Assembly: GCA_038320885.1 (NCBI GenBank)
Contig: JBBQER010000002.1
Span: 43,086 to 107,085, forward strand
Source: Acidimicrobiia bacterium
Lineage (GTDB): Bacteria > Actinomycetota > Acidimicrobiia > IMCC26256 > PALSA-610
Direction: 5' to 3'
DNA: 64,000 bases
This document shows positions 32,207 through 42,674 of the stretch, in pieces; the stretch's first letter is position 1, and each line of letters opens with the position of its first letter. Under the pieces are notes generated by a model, which searched no databases, was not told the origin of the DNA, and saw nothing but the letters and a program-made list of their open reading frames with translations. Made by a program: the position numbers and the translations under genes.

Positions 32207-33286
32207 TCACCACACGGGCGCGAGCACCTCCGCGATGCGCTCGGGTGCCACGCAGCTCGGAGCGGGCCGGTCGCCGTCGCGGGCGAGGAAGCTGAGCACG
32301 ACCGGGAACGCGCGACCCGACATCGTCGTCCACGGCGTGAGGCGGTCGGCGCCGATCCACCGGCCGGGTGCCGTCTCGATGCGATCGAGCTCGGCCGTGG
32401 CGCGGCGCAACGGCTCGTGATCCACGATCCATTGGTTGGAGTCACCCGTCGACACCAGGCCCGGCGGACTCCAACGGTCGGGCGTCTCGGCCCACGAGTA
32501 CGACGGCACCCATACGTCGTGGAACCATCCGTCGGTCCCGGGCACCGACACGATCTGGACACGCTGGCCGTGCTCGCGGTTGCGCACCTGCGGCCAGAGC
32601 CAGACCGAGGTGTCGACGACCGCGTTGAGGATCGGGATCTTGAGGGCTACGTCGAGATCGGCCTCCCGGTCCGGATACACGAACGCGACCAGCCGATCGG
32701 TGATCGACTCGACCCGCACGTCGCCGCGCGCGATCCGCTCGCACCCGCGCTCGATGATCTCCCAACCCGCGGTGATCGCCGGCGCTTCCGAGAGCGAGCC
32801 GTCGAGCACGCCGGTGACGATCTGCATCGCCTCCGCATATACGTCGCCCACGTCGGCAGGCCGCGCATCCGGATCGGACAACAGCAATGACACTTCCTGC
32901 GCGAGCCGGAACGCGGGCCGGTCGGCCCACGCCATGAAGTCGCCCATCGCCGCGGCACCGACGAGGGTGTCGTAGTTCGCGAGCGCGGTCTCGCTCTCGA
33001 GCAGCGCGTACAACGCGAGGATCCCGTCGACGTCGGCGTGATCGTTCACCACGAGATCGGCGTCGCGCCGCGCGGCGCTCGAGGCGTATCGCAGGCAGAT
33101 CTCCGTGGACGTATCGGCCTTGAGCTCAGCCGCGGTCTGGTTCGGGACCCAGTGGCTCAGCTCGATATCGGCGCCGGCGCGCAACGCGCCGGCCCGGGCG
33201 CCGTCGGCGTAGATGACGCGCGCCGCGTCCGGCCGCGGGCGACTCGACCCCTGGATGTGGAACCGGTCGGTCACCGACGTCGTCAT
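32207..33286 (-). CDS. hypothetical protein (359 aa)
   Basis: Full-length ORF with coding-like composition (MTTSVTDRFHIQGSS...DHADVDGILALYALLE...). No family recognised. Confidence 0.6.
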   Translation of the reverse strand: MTTSVTDRFHIQGSSRPRPDAARVIYADGARAGALRAGADIELSHWVPNQTAAELKADTSTEICLRYASSAARRDADLVVNDHADVDGILALYALLESETALANYDTLVGAAAMGDFMAWADRPAFRLAQEVSLLLSDPDARPADVGDVYAEAMQIVTGVLDGSLSEAPAITAGWEIIERGCERIARGDVRVESITDRLVAFVYPDREADLDVALKIPILNAVVDTSVWLWPQVRNREHGQRVQIVSVPGTDGWFHDVWVPSYSWAETPDRWSPPGLVSTGDSNQWIVDHEPLRRATAELDRIETAPGRWIGADRLTPWTTMSGRAFPVVLSFLARDGDRPAPSCVAPERIAEVLAPVW

Positions 33287-33305
33287 GACGAAACGCTACG
33301 ACCCC

Positions 33306-34529
33306 TCAACCGGTGTGACCGGGGGCCTGGGAGACCGTCTTGTACGCGCTTTCGCGCACTGCGCCGATCGCGGCCATCGCCCGCTGCTGGACTTCGCCCG
33401 CCTGCTCCTTGGGCGGGAGCCCGAAGCCGGTATACATCACGCGGCGCTCGCGCTCGACGGGAGGTTGCGACATGTGGAGCGTGCAGCTGCAGTGAACGGT
33501 GATGTCGCCGGTCTCAGTCGGCAGGTCGACGATCGGCAGGTCGGAGCTGCTGCGCACGAACGCGGGCTGCACGAGCGCGCGGTGTGAACCGGCGACGACA
33601 CGCAACTGTCCCGACCGGGCGTCGGCCCCGGTCACCGAGATGCCGCACGTGAGGCCGCAGCACCGGTAGGAGTGCATGCCGAGCGAGCAGTCCTTGTGCC
33701 ACGGCACGTCGGAGATTCCTTCGACCACGCCGATCGGCTTCACCAGCGCCTCGATGCGATTGCCGGTCGTGCGCGCGACGTAGTCGCCTTCGACGAGCCG
33801 GCCGATGCGCAGGAACCGATCACCGGCGAGAAGGTCGCGCACGCGTGTGGAGTGCTCGTGGAAGTACTCCATCCGCACGCACCGATCGTCGCCGTTTGCA
33901 GTCTTCGCCCACCACGAACGGCCGTCGTCGCGCGCATACGTGGGGAGCGCGCGGTCCATGTCGGCGGAGATCTCGGCCATGATCCCCGGTTCGAACCAGC
34001 CGCGCAGGTGCAAGAAGCCCGCCGCGCCGAGGAAACCCGCGATCTCGTCGTCATCGTCATCGGGGGTGAACACCCGCTGCAGATCGAGTGGAGAACCGTC
34101 GCGGTGCTCGAACGCGACCGCGCCGCGCGTGTGCACCGGACGCATATCGATGAGCGAGCGGAGCACGACCCACCAGTCGAGGAAGTCGCCGAGGTTGCCG
34201 CGCGGCATGCGCAACGTACCGGCGGTCAGGAACGTCATCGGCGTCTTGAGGTCGTTGACGACATCGGCGACGTCGGCGTCGGAGACCTCCACCCGCGCGG
34301 CGCCGTCGGCACCGGCGCGCACCGACAACGTCGACTCGTCGAGCGCGAACGTCCAGCTTCCCGACGGGGTGGCGATCGTGAACGGCTCGACGCGCAGCTC
34401 GCGTGCGCCCTCGACGGCGAGATCGGATCGATCGGCGATCAGCGCCGGTAGTTCGGTGTCGAAGAACGCCCGAGCATCGATGTCCCTGATGTCAGCTTCG
34501 GTGCGCGTGCGATAGTCCAACGAAACCAT
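33306..34529 (-). CDS. phytanoyl-CoA dioxygenase family protein with an N-terminal extension (possibly SCP2-like)
   Basis: Internal start MVSLDYRT... at 34529. ...VPWHKDCSLG..., LRVVAGSHR, ITVHCSCTLHMS. Confidence 0.65.
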   Translation of the reverse strand: MVSLDYRTRTEADIRDIDARAFFDTELPALIADRSDLAVEGARELRVEPFTIATPSGSWTFALDESTLSVRAGADGAARVEVSDADVADVVNDLKTPMTFLTAGTLRMPRGNLGDFLDWWVVLRSLIDMRPVHTRGAVAFEHRDGSPLDLQRVFTPDDDDDEIAGFLGAAGFLHLRGWFEPGIMAEISADMDRALPTYARDDGRSWWAKTANGDDRCVRMEYFHEHSTRVRDLLAGDRFLRIGRLVEGDYVARTTGNRIEALVKPIGVVEGISDVPWHKDCSLGMHSYRCCGLTCGISVTGADARSGQLRVVAGSHRALVQPAFVRSSSDLPIVDLPTETGDITVHCSCTLHMSQPPVERERRVMYTGFGLPPKEQAGEVQQRAMAAIGAVRESAYKTVSQAPGHTG

Positions 34530-34568
34530 CTCGACCCCCGGTTCACGACCAGTCTGCCGCATCGCGGT

Positions 34569-34874
34569 TCACGAAGGCTCGAAGCGGTCTATCCATCTTC
34601 CGGCGACCCGACCGAGGCGGTCGACGTCGAGCCGATACACCCGCTCCCGGCCGCGCGTCTCGGCCCGCAGCAGCCCGGAGTCCTCGAGGACTCGCAAGTG
34701 GCGGGTGGTGGTGGGCCACGAGCACTCGAATCGCGAGGCGATCGCTCCGGATGTCATCTCTCCCCCGCGCGCGAGGAGAACGGACAGGATCGTCCGCCGC
34801 GCCTGGTGCGCGAGGGCGTTGAACACCGAGTCGAGATCCTCGAGATCGGCGAGCCCCCGAGGCCTCGCGCTCAC
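34569..34874 (-). CDS. ArsR-family transcriptional regulator
   Basis: GTG 34872-34874 overlaps the upstream stop (GTGA). VFNALAHQARRTILSVLLARGGEMTSGAIASRFECSWPTTTRHLRVLEDSGLL. Confidence 0.8.
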   Translation of the reverse strand: MSARPRGLADLEDLDSVFNALAHQARRTILSVLLARGGEMTSGAIASRFECSWPTTTRHLRVLEDSGLLRAETRGRERVYRLDVDRLGRVAGRWIDRFEPS

Positions 34875-35188
34875 GCGCTGAGTTCGACGCGGCGATAGTG
34901 CGGGAAATCCCACTTCGGCTGGCCGTCACGGTCTTCGAGCAACGGTTCCATCGGCTCCCAGATCGCGAGCACGTCCGGATGCTCGTGGGCCCGGCCGAAC
35001 CCGCCCTCGACCCACGTGAAGACCTCGACGTACGTCGGCTCCTCGTTCCGGCAGAACACGAGCGACCGCTCGTCCGTGACGAAGCCCAAGCCGTGCAGCG
35101 TCGTCCAGTGCCGGCGAAGGAGATCCTCGAACGCATCCTCGGAGCCGGGACGCACGCGATACGTGCAGATCACTGTTTCATTAGCCAT
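34871..35188 (-). CDS. small alpha+beta (ABM/Dabb-like) hypothetical protein
   Basis: MANETVICTYRVRPGSEDAFEDLLRRHWTTLHGLGFV... The family assignment is tentative. Confidence 0.5.
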   Translation of the reverse strand: MANETVICTYRVRPGSEDAFEDLLRRHWTTLHGLGFVTDERSLVFCRNEEPTYVEVFTWVEGGFGRAHEHPDVLAIWEPMEPLLEDRDGQPKWDFPHYRRVELSA

Positions 35189-35200
35189 ATCGCTAAGTAT

Positions 35201-35226
35201 CTCGACATCGACAACCCGATGTCAAG
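35201..35226. promoter_or_regulatory. imperfect inverted repeat CTCGACATCG-N6-CGATGTCAAG upstream of the ABM-like/ArsR operon
   Basis: The core GACATCG / CGATGTC is perfect and lies 13 nt upstream of the start at 35188. Confidence 0.4.
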
Positions 35227-35227
35227 T

Positions 35228-35251
35228 GCCGCGCCGCCGACGCGGCGCGGC
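35228..35251 (-). terminator. 10-bp perfect GC hairpin immediately after the ABC1-kinase stop
   Basis: GCCGCGCCGC-CGAC-GCGGCGCGGC, 2 nt from the stop at 35253-35255. Confidence 0.5.
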
Positions 35252-35252
35252 G

Positions 35253-36908
35253 TCATCGGCGGCGATGGCGGCGTTGAGGCAGATCGCTCAACTGGATGCT
35301 GATCACCAGCCACGCCGCGGACGCGGCCGCCAGCAGGAACAGCACGATCGCAATGGCCGGATAGCCGAAGAGCCGGGTGCGGGTCGGGATGCGCATGATG
35401 AGCGCGGCGCCGATCACGAGCGAGGCGATCACCATCCCCGTGGTGACCCGATTCGCCAACTTCTGGACTCCGCGCATGAGGGCCTGCTCGTCGACTCCCT
35501 GCAGCTTGAGCTTCAACTCGCCCTCGGCCAGGGCGTCCATCACCTTGTTCACGCGCGCCGGAAAGTGCTCGGCAAATTCCTTGGCTTCCATGGCGGCGGC
35601 CATGACGTTTCCCGGCGCCGCCGCCTGGGTGAGCTTGCGGCGCATCAGGTTCGAGCTCTGGCGTTCGATCGCGGCGTTGGGGTCGAAGTGCGGATCGAGG
35701 ACCCGCGCGACCTCATCCAGGTTGAGCAATGCCTTGCCGAGCATGGTGAGCTCGGGAGGCAACCGCAGCCCGGCGTTGCCCGCGACACGGCAGAGCTCGC
35801 CGATCAGTGCGCCGGCCTGCATATCGGCCACCGTCGAACCGTGGGTGCGCCCGATCAGCGCCGCGGCTTCCCGCCCGAAGCGGTCTCCGTCGTAGTCGTC
35901 GAGCTTCTCGCCGAGACCGATGGTGATTCGGGCCGCTTCCTGACCGTGGCCCTGGCTGATCGCGAGCAGCAATTTGATCAGGCTGTCCTGCATCTCCGTG
36001 GCGACGCGGGCGACCATCCCGAGATCGAGCAGTGCAAGCTTGCCGTCGTCGGTCACCATCACATTGCCGGGATGAGGATCGGCGTGAAAGAAGCCGTCGA
36101 CGAGTATCTGGTCGAGGTACGCGGAGAACAGCTCGTCGGCCAATCCGGCGCAGTCGAGCTCCATCGCGGCCAGGCGTCCGAAGCTCCCGATGGTCCGTCC
36201 GGGCACGTACTCCATCGTGAGCACGACACTGGTCGTGTAGTCGCCTATCGGCTTCGGAACGACGATCTGATGGTGGTCGGACAGGTTGTTGCGGAGCGTT
36301 TCCAGATTCGAAGCTTCCTCGCGGTAGTCGAGCTCCGCCATGAGCGACCGCCGGAACTCGACAACCATGTCGACGAAGCCGAAACGTCTGCCTATTTCGG
36401 TGTGCGCGTCGGCAAACTCGGCGATGCTCTGGATGACGTCCATGTCTTCGACGATCTGCGCTCGGATGTTCGGGCGCTGGACCTTGACGACCACCGGACG
36501 GCCGTCGCGCAACTCGGCCCGGTGAACCTGGCCGAGTGACGCCGAAGCCAGCGGCGTGGCGTCGAAGCTTGCGAACGCCTTCGACGCGCGCACGCCGAGC
36601 TCGGAGCTGACGATGGCTTCGACCTCTTCGTAGGCGAACGGTTTCACCTTGTCTTGTAGTCGCGCGAGGGCCTTCAGGTACGGCGGAGGCAGGAGATCGG
36701 CGCGCGTCGACAGGAGCTGGCCGAGCTTGACGAACGTCGGACCCATGTTCTCCAGCTCGTCGGCGAGGCGCTCGGCGTCTCGCTTCGCATCCGGATCGTC
36801 GTCGACCCCGGTTGGGTCCGCGGCGTGGGCGACGCCCGCGCGGCCGTGCTTCACAAGGAGCAGCGCGAGGTCCTTGTAGCGGCCGACATGCCTGGGTTTG
36901 AGCATCAC
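35253..36908 (-). CDS. ABC1/UbiB-family atypical kinase
   Basis: ...FDATPLASASLGQVHRA..., FFHADPHPGNVMV, and C-terminal TM helices. Confidence 0.85.
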   Translation of the reverse strand: MMLKPRHVGRYKDLALLLVKHGRAGVAHAADPTGVDDDPDAKRDAERLADELENMGPTFVKLGQLLSTRADLLPPPYLKALARLQDKVKPFAYEEVEAIVSSELGVRASKAFASFDATPLASASLGQVHRAELRDGRPVVVKVQRPNIRAQIVEDMDVIQSIAEFADAHTEIGRRFGFVDMVVEFRRSLMAELDYREEASNLETLRNNLSDHHQIVVPKPIGDYTTSVVLTMEYVPGRTIGSFGRLAAMELDCAGLADELFSAYLDQILVDGFFHADPHPGNVMVTDDGKLALLDLGMVARVATEMQDSLIKLLLAISQGHGQEAARITIGLGEKLDDYDGDRFGREAAALIGRTHGSTVADMQAGALIGELCRVAGNAGLRLPPELTMLGKALLNLDEVARVLDPHFDPNAAIERQSSNLMRRKLTQAAAPGNVMAAAMEAKEFAEHFPARVNKVMDALAEGELKLKLQGVDEQALMRGVQKLANRVTTGMVIASLVIGAALIMRIPTRTRLFGYPAIAIVLFLLAAASAAWLVISIQLSDLPQRRHRRR

Positions 36909-36953
36909 TGGAGGGGCTCTACCCCCCGAGCGCGCGACCTAAGCCACTCTGGG

Positions 36954-39194
36954 TCAGGGGCGTTCGCGAGCGCGGCGGGCCTCGTCGGTGTGGATGAGCT
37001 CGTCGAGCTCGGCATCGATTCCCACCGTCGACTCGACCTCCAGGTGGAACCGAGGCAGGCGACGCTCGAGCCAGGCGGGCAACCACCAGTTGGCGTCACC
37101 GAGCAGCTCCATCGTGGCGGGCACCAGCACCATGCGCACGAGGGTGGCGTCCACGAGGATCGCCGTCGCCAGCCCAATGCCCAACATCTTCAGGAAGATC
37201 TGGTCGGCGAGCACGAACGCGAGGAACACCGAGATCATGACCGCCGCGGCCGCAGTGATCACCCGAGCCGTGTGCGCGAGACCGTCGGCAACCGCGCTCG
37301 CGTTGTCACCGGTGCGCGCGTATTCCTCGCGGATCCGCGAGAGCAGGAAGACCTCGTAGTCCATCGACAGCCCGAAGAGGATCGCGAACATCATCATCGG
37401 GATGAAGCTGGGAACCGGGACGGGGTCGCGGATACCGAAGAGACCGCCGAACCAACCACCCTGCACTGCCAGCGCCACGACTCCGTAGGCCGCGCCGACC
37501 GACAACAGGTTCATGATCGCAGCCTTGAGTGGCACGAGGAGCGAACGGAACACGATCAAGAGCAACAGGAACGACAACAGGATCACAACCCCGATGAAGG
37601 CCGCGAGCCGGTCGACGATGTAGCGCGTCGCGTCGACGCTCATGGCGGTCGTCCCGCCGACCGACACCGTGACGCCCGTACGGGCCGTCGCGTCGGGCAC
37701 CACGACGTCACGCAGGCGCTTCACCAGGCTCTGGGTGCGCTCGGCCTGCGGCGCCGACCTGGGATACACCGCGACGAGCGCGATCTTGCGGTCGGGGTTC
37801 GACACCGGCGGGCCGACGAACGCGACGTCGGAGTCACGAGCGACCGCGTCGGCGATGGGCGCCACCGCGCGCGCCGGATCCCGGCCGTCGGCGGTCGCGA
37901 CGAGCAGCAACGGACCGTTGAAGCCGGGTCCGAACCCGTCGCTCAGCAAGTCGTAGGCGTGTCTCGTCGTGAACGCCTTCGGGTCGTTGCCGGCATCGGG
38001 GAAGCCGAAATGCATGTGCCGGGCGGGAGCTGCCAACGCCAGCAGTGCCAGCAAGCAGACGATCGCGGCCGGCCACGGGCGCCGCTGTACGACGCGGCTC
38101 CACCGGTACGAAAGCGACCGCTTCGTGTCGGACGCGTGCCGATTCACGAACGGCACTTGCAACCGGTCGATCGTCGATCCGATGAAGCCGAGCATGGCCG
38201 GGAGCAAGGTGACCGATGCAAGCATCACCACGAGGACGGCGAAGACCGCGCCGACGGCGAGGCCGCGCAGAAAGCCGAGGTTCATCACGAACAAACCGAG
38301 CAGCGAGATGATCACGGTGCAGCCGGCGAAGATCACCGCGCGTCCCGACGTGGTTACCGCGGTGATCACCGCGGCCCGCGGATCGAGTCCGTCGTGGAGC
38401 GCAGCGCGGTAGCGGGTGACGATGAACAGCACGTAGTCGATGCCCACCCCGATGCCGATCATCGCGGCCACCTGCGGCGCGAAGTCGGGCACCTCGAGCA
38501 CGCTCGCTACCAGCGTCACGAGGCTGAGGCCGATACCGAGACCGACGATCGCGATGAGAAGCGGGAGTCCCATTGCCAGGAGTGACCCGAAGCTCACGAG
38601 CAGAATGAGCGCGGCAACGAGGAGGCCGATGCCCTCGGAGCTGAACGACGTCTGCTCCGCGCCTTCGATCGCGAAACCGGCCACCTCGACCCGTACGTCG
38701 GAACGATCGGCTCGCTGACCCAGCGCCAGGTGCTTCTTTCCGTCACTGACCTTGTAGTCGGAAACGGTCTGGTCGAGCCGCACCGTGCCGTACGCGATCG
38801 TGCGGCCCTTCGCGATCTGGTGCGCGCCATCGGCCGAGAACGGCGAGACCACGGCGCTCACGTGGGGCTGCTGCGCGAATTGGTCGAGCGTGGCGGTGAT
38901 CTCCGCCCGCACCTTCGGGTCGTCGACCGTCTTGCCCTGGAGCGTCTGGAACACGACGTCGACGTCGTCGCCGGCGCGCGCGGCAAAGCCGCTCGTCAGC
39001 AGGTCCTGTGCCTTCTGCGAGTCCGAGCCCGGCGTCGTGAAGGTGAAGTGGTAGTCGCCACCGAACGCGCCCGCGGCGCCGGCGGTTCCGACCAGCAGCA
39101 CGATCCACAGCAACAACACGCGCCGGCGACGCCGATACGACCAGTCAGCCAGGCGTGCGAGCAGGGTGGGCTGGGGGGAGTTCGTCACGTCCAC
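36954..39194 (-). CDS. MMPL-family (RND superfamily) membrane transporter
   Basis: 746 aa with two 6-TM bundles each preceded by a large loop, and typical MMPL segments (GIGVGIDYVLFIVTRYR, GLSMDYEVFLLSRIRE). Confidence 0.85.
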   Translation of the reverse strand: MDVTNSPQPTLLARLADWSYRRRRRVLLLWIVLLVGTAGAAGAFGGDYHFTFTTPGSDSQKAQDLLTSGFAARAGDDVDVVFQTLQGKTVDDPKVRAEITATLDQFAQQPHVSAVVSPFSADGAHQIAKGRTIAYGTVRLDQTVSDYKVSDGKKHLALGQRADRSDVRVEVAGFAIEGAEQTSFSSEGIGLLVAALILLVSFGSLLAMGLPLLIAIVGLGIGLSLVTLVASVLEVPDFAPQVAAMIGIGVGIDYVLFIVTRYRAALHDGLDPRAAVITAVTTSGRAVIFAGCTVIISLLGLFVMNLGFLRGLAVGAVFAVLVVMLASVTLLPAMLGFIGSTIDRLQVPFVNRHASDTKRSLSYRWSRVVQRRPWPAAIVCLLALLALAAPARHMHFGFPDAGNDPKAFTTRHAYDLLSDGFGPGFNGPLLLVATADGRDPARAVAPIADAVARDSDVAFVGPPVSNPDRKIALVAVYPRSAPQAERTQSLVKRLRDVVVPDATARTGVTVSVGGTTAMSVDATRYIVDRLAAFIGVVILLSFLLLLIVFRSLLVPLKAAIMNLLSVGAAYGVVALAVQGGWFGGLFGIRDPVPVPSFIPMMMFAILFGLSMDYEVFLLSRIREEYARTGDNASAVADGLAHTARVITAAAAVMISVFLAFVLADQIFLKMLGIGLATAILVDATLVRMVLVPATMELLGDANWWLPAWLERRLPRFHLEVESTVGIDAELDELIHTDEARRARERP

Positions 39195-39293
39195 GGCAGT
39201 TACTCCTCGTCGTGTACACGGTGATCAGAAGGCAAGACCGCACCGAGCCCGTGAACTCACCGGGCCCGGCGCGAATCGTCCGCCGGGCGCCGT

Positions 39294-39728
39294 TCAGGTG
39301 ATCTCGGCGAGGTGCGCTTCGAACCGGTCGAGGCTGCTGTTGAAGCCCGCCTGGGATTCCGCCGTCGCGTACTGCTCGGGCACGTTGGTCTGGTGGATTC
39401 GCATCTCGGTGCGGCCGTCGCCGAGATAGGTGAGGGTGGTCGTGGTCGTCATCCCCGCGTCGCGCTCGGTCCACGCCAGCTTCTCCGGCGGGTCGATCTC
39501 GGTGTAGACGCCGCGACTCGAATACTGCTCCCCCGTGTCGTCGTTCACCATCACCGTCTCGAACACACCGCCCACCCGGAGATCGACGGTGATGTTCTCG
39601 ACCGGGGTGTGCACGCCGACCGGTCCCCAGAACTTCGTGAGGTGCTCGGGCTCGGTGACGCATTTGAAGATGAGCTCCCGCGGCGCGTCGAACACCTGGG
39701 TGATGGCGACCTCTTTGGTGTTGGTCAT
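39294..39728 (-). CDS. SRPBCC/AHSA1-domain protein
   Basis: ...ITQVFDAPRELIFKCVTEPEHLTKFWGP... ATGA overlap with the upstream ArsR gene. Confidence 0.75.
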   Translation of the reverse strand: MTNTKEVAITQVFDAPRELIFKCVTEPEHLTKFWGPVGVHTPVENITVDLRVGGVFETVMVNDDTGEQYSSRGVYTEIDPPEKLAWTERDAGMTTTTTLTYLGDGRTEMRIHQTNVPEQYATAESQAGFNSSLDRFEAHLAEIT

Positions 39729-40090
39729 GGGTTCTTCCTGTCTCGTTGGAGATCGGTGAGGTGTTGGTCGAGCCGATCGAGGCGTTCGGACCAGACCTTG
39801 CGCTGGTCGTCGATCCAGTCGGTGGCGGTCCGGAACGCCTCGAGCTCGAGCCGGCAGGGCCGGGTCTGACGGTGCCGGCCCCGCGAGATCAGGCCCGCGC
39901 GCTCGAGCACGTGGATGTGCCGGGACACCGCCTGCAGGCTCATGGCGAAGGGCTCGGCGAGCTCGTTCACCGTCGCTTCGCCCCTGGCGAGCCGGACGAC
40001 GATGGAACGCCGGGTCGGATCGGCGAGTGCCGCGAACATGGCGTCGAGGTCGTGGTCGGCCGTGGGGTCCGATCGGGTTGCGGTCGCCAT
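39725..40090 (-). CDS. ArsR/SmtB-family transcriptional regulator
   Basis: MATATRSDP...MFAALADPTRRSIVVRLARGEATVNELAEPFAMSLQAVSRHIHVLERAGLI. ATG 40088-40090 is preferred over the track's TTG at 40102. Confidence 0.8.
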   Translation of the reverse strand: MATATRSDPTADHDLDAMFAALADPTRRSIVVRLARGEATVNELAEPFAMSLQAVSRHIHVLERAGLISRGRHRQTRPCRLELEAFRTATDWIDDQRKVWSERLDRLDQHLTDLQRDRKNP

Positions 40091-40095
40091 GGAGC

Positions 40096-40133
40096 TATTC
40101 AATCAGAGCGTTGATAAAGCGTCAAGTTGAATA
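40096..40133. promoter_or_regulatory. nested AT-rich inverted repeats TATTCAA-N24-TTGAATA (inner TTGA-N7-TCAA)
   Basis: Located directly upstream of the ArsR start, in the divergent region facing the epimerase gene. Confidence 0.4.
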
Positions 40134-40261
40134 CTGAGATAACGACGGCCCGCGCTGCGCTCAGCCTTCGCCGCCGAACGAGCGCATCCCGTTCGGGCCG
40201 CCGACGCGTCACCGATCGCCACTCCCTCCCCTCGCCGCGTGAGCCGTGAGAAAGTCGCGCG

Positions 40262-41086
40262 ATGAGAGTGGTCGTGACCGGAGGACGCGGAAAGGCCGGA
40301 CGCGCGGTCGTGCGCGAGTTGCTCGAGCACGGGCACCGCGTACGGAACGTCGACCTCGTGGCGGATCCCGAACCGGTGTGTGGCTTCCGGCGCGCCGACC
40401 TCACCGAGTCGGGACAGGTGTTCGAGGTTCTCGCCGGCTACGACGCCGTGATCCACCTCGCGGCGATCGCCCGTCCCGGCCTCTACACCGAATCAGCCAC
40501 GTTCGAGATCAATGTCATGTCGACGTTCAACGTGTTCAACGCGGCGTGCACGCTCGGCCTCGGACGCGTCGTCTGGGCATCGAGTGAGACGACACTCGGG
40601 TTGCCGTTCGACCACGAGCTGGCGTACCTGCCCGTCGACGAGGACAGCGCGCCCGTTCCCAAGAGCGCGTACGCGCTTTCCAAGGTTGTGGGCGAGGAGA
40701 TGGCGCGGTACTTCAACGCTCGGACGGGTGTCCCGTTCGTCGGCCTGCGGTTCTCCAACGTCTTCACCGACGAGGACTACGAGCAGGTGCGCTCGTTCCA
40801 ATCGGATCCGCGTTTGCGGAGCTGGAACGCGTGGGGATACGTCGACGCCCGCGACGTTGGTCTCGCGTGCCGGCTCGGTGTCGAAGTTCCGTTCGACGGC
40901 GCCGACGTGTTCATCATCGCGGCTGCCGACACGGTGATGGACCGCAGGAACGACGAGCTCGTGGCCGACGTGTTCCCCGATGTCCCCACGCGTCAGCTGG
41001 GCCGGAACGACTCGTTGCTCTCGATTCGCAAGGCGCGCGAGGTGCTCGGCTATCAACCTCGGCACTCGTGGCGGGACGCCACCTAG
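40262..41086 (+). CDS. NAD-dependent epimerase/dehydratase family protein
   Basis: MRVVVTGGRGKAGRAVVREL..., YALSKVVGE (YxxxK). Confidence 0.8.
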   Translation: MRVVVTGGRGKAGRAVVRELLEHGHRVRNVDLVADPEPVCGFRRADLTESGQVFEVLAGYDAVIHLAAIARPGLYTESATFEINVMSTFNVFNAACTLGLGRVVWASSETTLGLPFDHELAYLPVDEDSAPVPKSAYALSKVVGEEMARYFNARTGVPFVGLRFSNVFTDEDYEQVRSFQSDPRLRSWNAWGYVDARDVGLACRLGVEVPFDGADVFIIAAADTVMDRRNDELVADVFPDVPTRQLGRNDSLLSIRKAREVLGYQPRHSWRDAT

Positions 41087-41089
41087 GCG

Positions 41090-42550
41090 TTACGCGACGC
41101 TCTCGAAGCCCCGCGCTTTCACGCCGTCGGTTCGCGACAGCGTCGCCAGGAAATCCCGGGCCCAGGCGTGCACGTCACGCCGGCCGACGACCCCACGGAG
41201 ATACCGCATGCGGACGCGGGCCTCGATCGGATCGAGATCCAGCACGACGCGAATCGCACCCTTGATGCCGTCGAGGTCGTGAGGATTGACGAGGATCGCC
41301 TCGCCGAGCTCTCGCGCCGCGCCCGCGAACTCGCTCAGGATCAGTGCACCGCTCTCGTCCACCTTCGCCGCCACGTACTCCTTGGCCACGAGGTTCATAC
41401 CGTCGCGCAACGGCGTGACGAGCATGACGTCGGCCGCGAGATACAACGCGATGAGCTCGTCGAGATCGACGCTCTGATGCAGGTAGTGGATCGCGGCATG
41501 GCCCACATCGGAGTAGGTGCCGTTGACCTCGCCGATCAGGCGCTCGAGGTCTTCGCGTTCCTGCTTGTAGTGCGTGTCCTCGCCGCGGCTCGGCACCGCG
41601 ACCTGGATCATCACGTGATTCGGGGTCGACAGCGTGCCTTCGGCGAACAACTCGGCGACCGCCTTGACCCGTTGCTGCAAACCCTTCGTGTAGTCGAGAC
41701 GATCGACGCCGAGCATGACGAAGTCGGGATCGCCCAGGTCCGCACGAATTTGTCGCGCCCGCTCGACGACCTGCGGCCGCGTCGCGCGTTGGACGATCTC
41801 ACCGGTGTCGATCGAGATCGGGAACGCGCCGACGCGAACGACCCGGCCGTCGTGCCACAGTCTTTCGTCGTCGCCTTCGGCGTCGGTGAGCCGGCGTGCG
41901 AGCCGGGCGAAGTTCGTGGCCGCGCCCGGCACCTGGAAACCGACGAGGTCGGCACCCAGGAGCCCTTCGACGAGCTCGCGGCGCCAGGGAATCTGCATGA
42001 AGAGCTCTTGCGGCGGAAACGGCGTGTGCAGGAAGAATCCGATGCGAACGTCGGGACGCAGCGCGCGCAGCATCATCGGCACGAGTTGCAGGTGGTAGTC
42101 GTGAATCCAAACTGTCGCGCCGCGCTGCGCGCCGGCCGCGGCGGCCGCGGCATACCGGTGATTCACCGAGATGTACGCCTGCCACCAACGGCGCTCGAAG
42201 CTCGGCGAACGAACTGCGTCGTGGTACAGCGGCCAGAGCGTCCGGTTGGCGAAGCCGACGTAGAAGTCGTCGTATTCGTCCTCACTGATCGGCACCGCGT
42301 GCAACCCGATGCCCTCGTAGGAATCCGGCACTGAGACGTCACCGGAGTACCCGGCCCATCCGACCCATATGCCGCCGCGGCGACGAAGCACCGGAGTCAG
42401 CGCCGAGACCAGTCCGCCCGGACTCGATCGCCAGCCGGCGTCGTCCCCATCGGCCTCGAAACGAAGCGGCAAGCGATTCGAAACGACGACGAGACCTGCG
42501 GATTCGCTTCCTGATTCTTGGTGGTCGATCACATACCGGTCGTGAAGCAT
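41090..42550 (-). CDS. otsA: alpha,alpha-trehalose-phosphate synthase (GT20)
   Basis: VVSNRLP..., GGLVSAL, IWVGW, the HDYHL-equivalent ([10 protein letters not shown]), and [16 protein letters not shown]. Confidence 0.85.
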   Translation of the reverse strand: MLHDRYVIDHQESGSESAGLVVVSNRLPLRFEADGDDAGWRSSPGGLVSALTPVLRRRGGIWVGWAGYSGDVSVPDSYEGIGLHAVPISEDEYDDFYVGFANRTLWPLYHDAVRSPSFERRWWQAYISVNHRYAAAAAAGAQRGATVWIHDYHLQLVPMMLRALRPDVRIGFFLHTPFPPQELFMQIPWRRELVEGLLGADLVGFQVPGAATNFARLARRLTDAEGDDERLWHDGRVVRVGAFPISIDTGEIVQRATRPQVVERARQIRADLGDPDFVMLGVDRLDYTKGLQQRVKAVAELFAEGTLSTPNHVMIQVAVPSRGEDTHYKQEREDLERLIGEVNGTYSDVGHAAIHYLHQSVDLDELIALYLAADVMLVTPLRDGMNLVAKEYVAAKVDESGALILSEFAGAARELGEAILVNPHDLDGIKGAIRVVLDLDPIEARVRMRYLRGVVGRRDVHAWARDFLATLSRTDGVKARGFESVA

Positions 42551-42674
42551 GTCCTGCTTTAATTACCCCCATGGGGAATGCACAAACGACCCCCAGGTCA
42601 GGCGTCGGCGCCTCACGATGCGCGCGCCCACGACCGCGCGTATGGCGAGACCGCGTTCGGGGTAGTTCCGCGCC

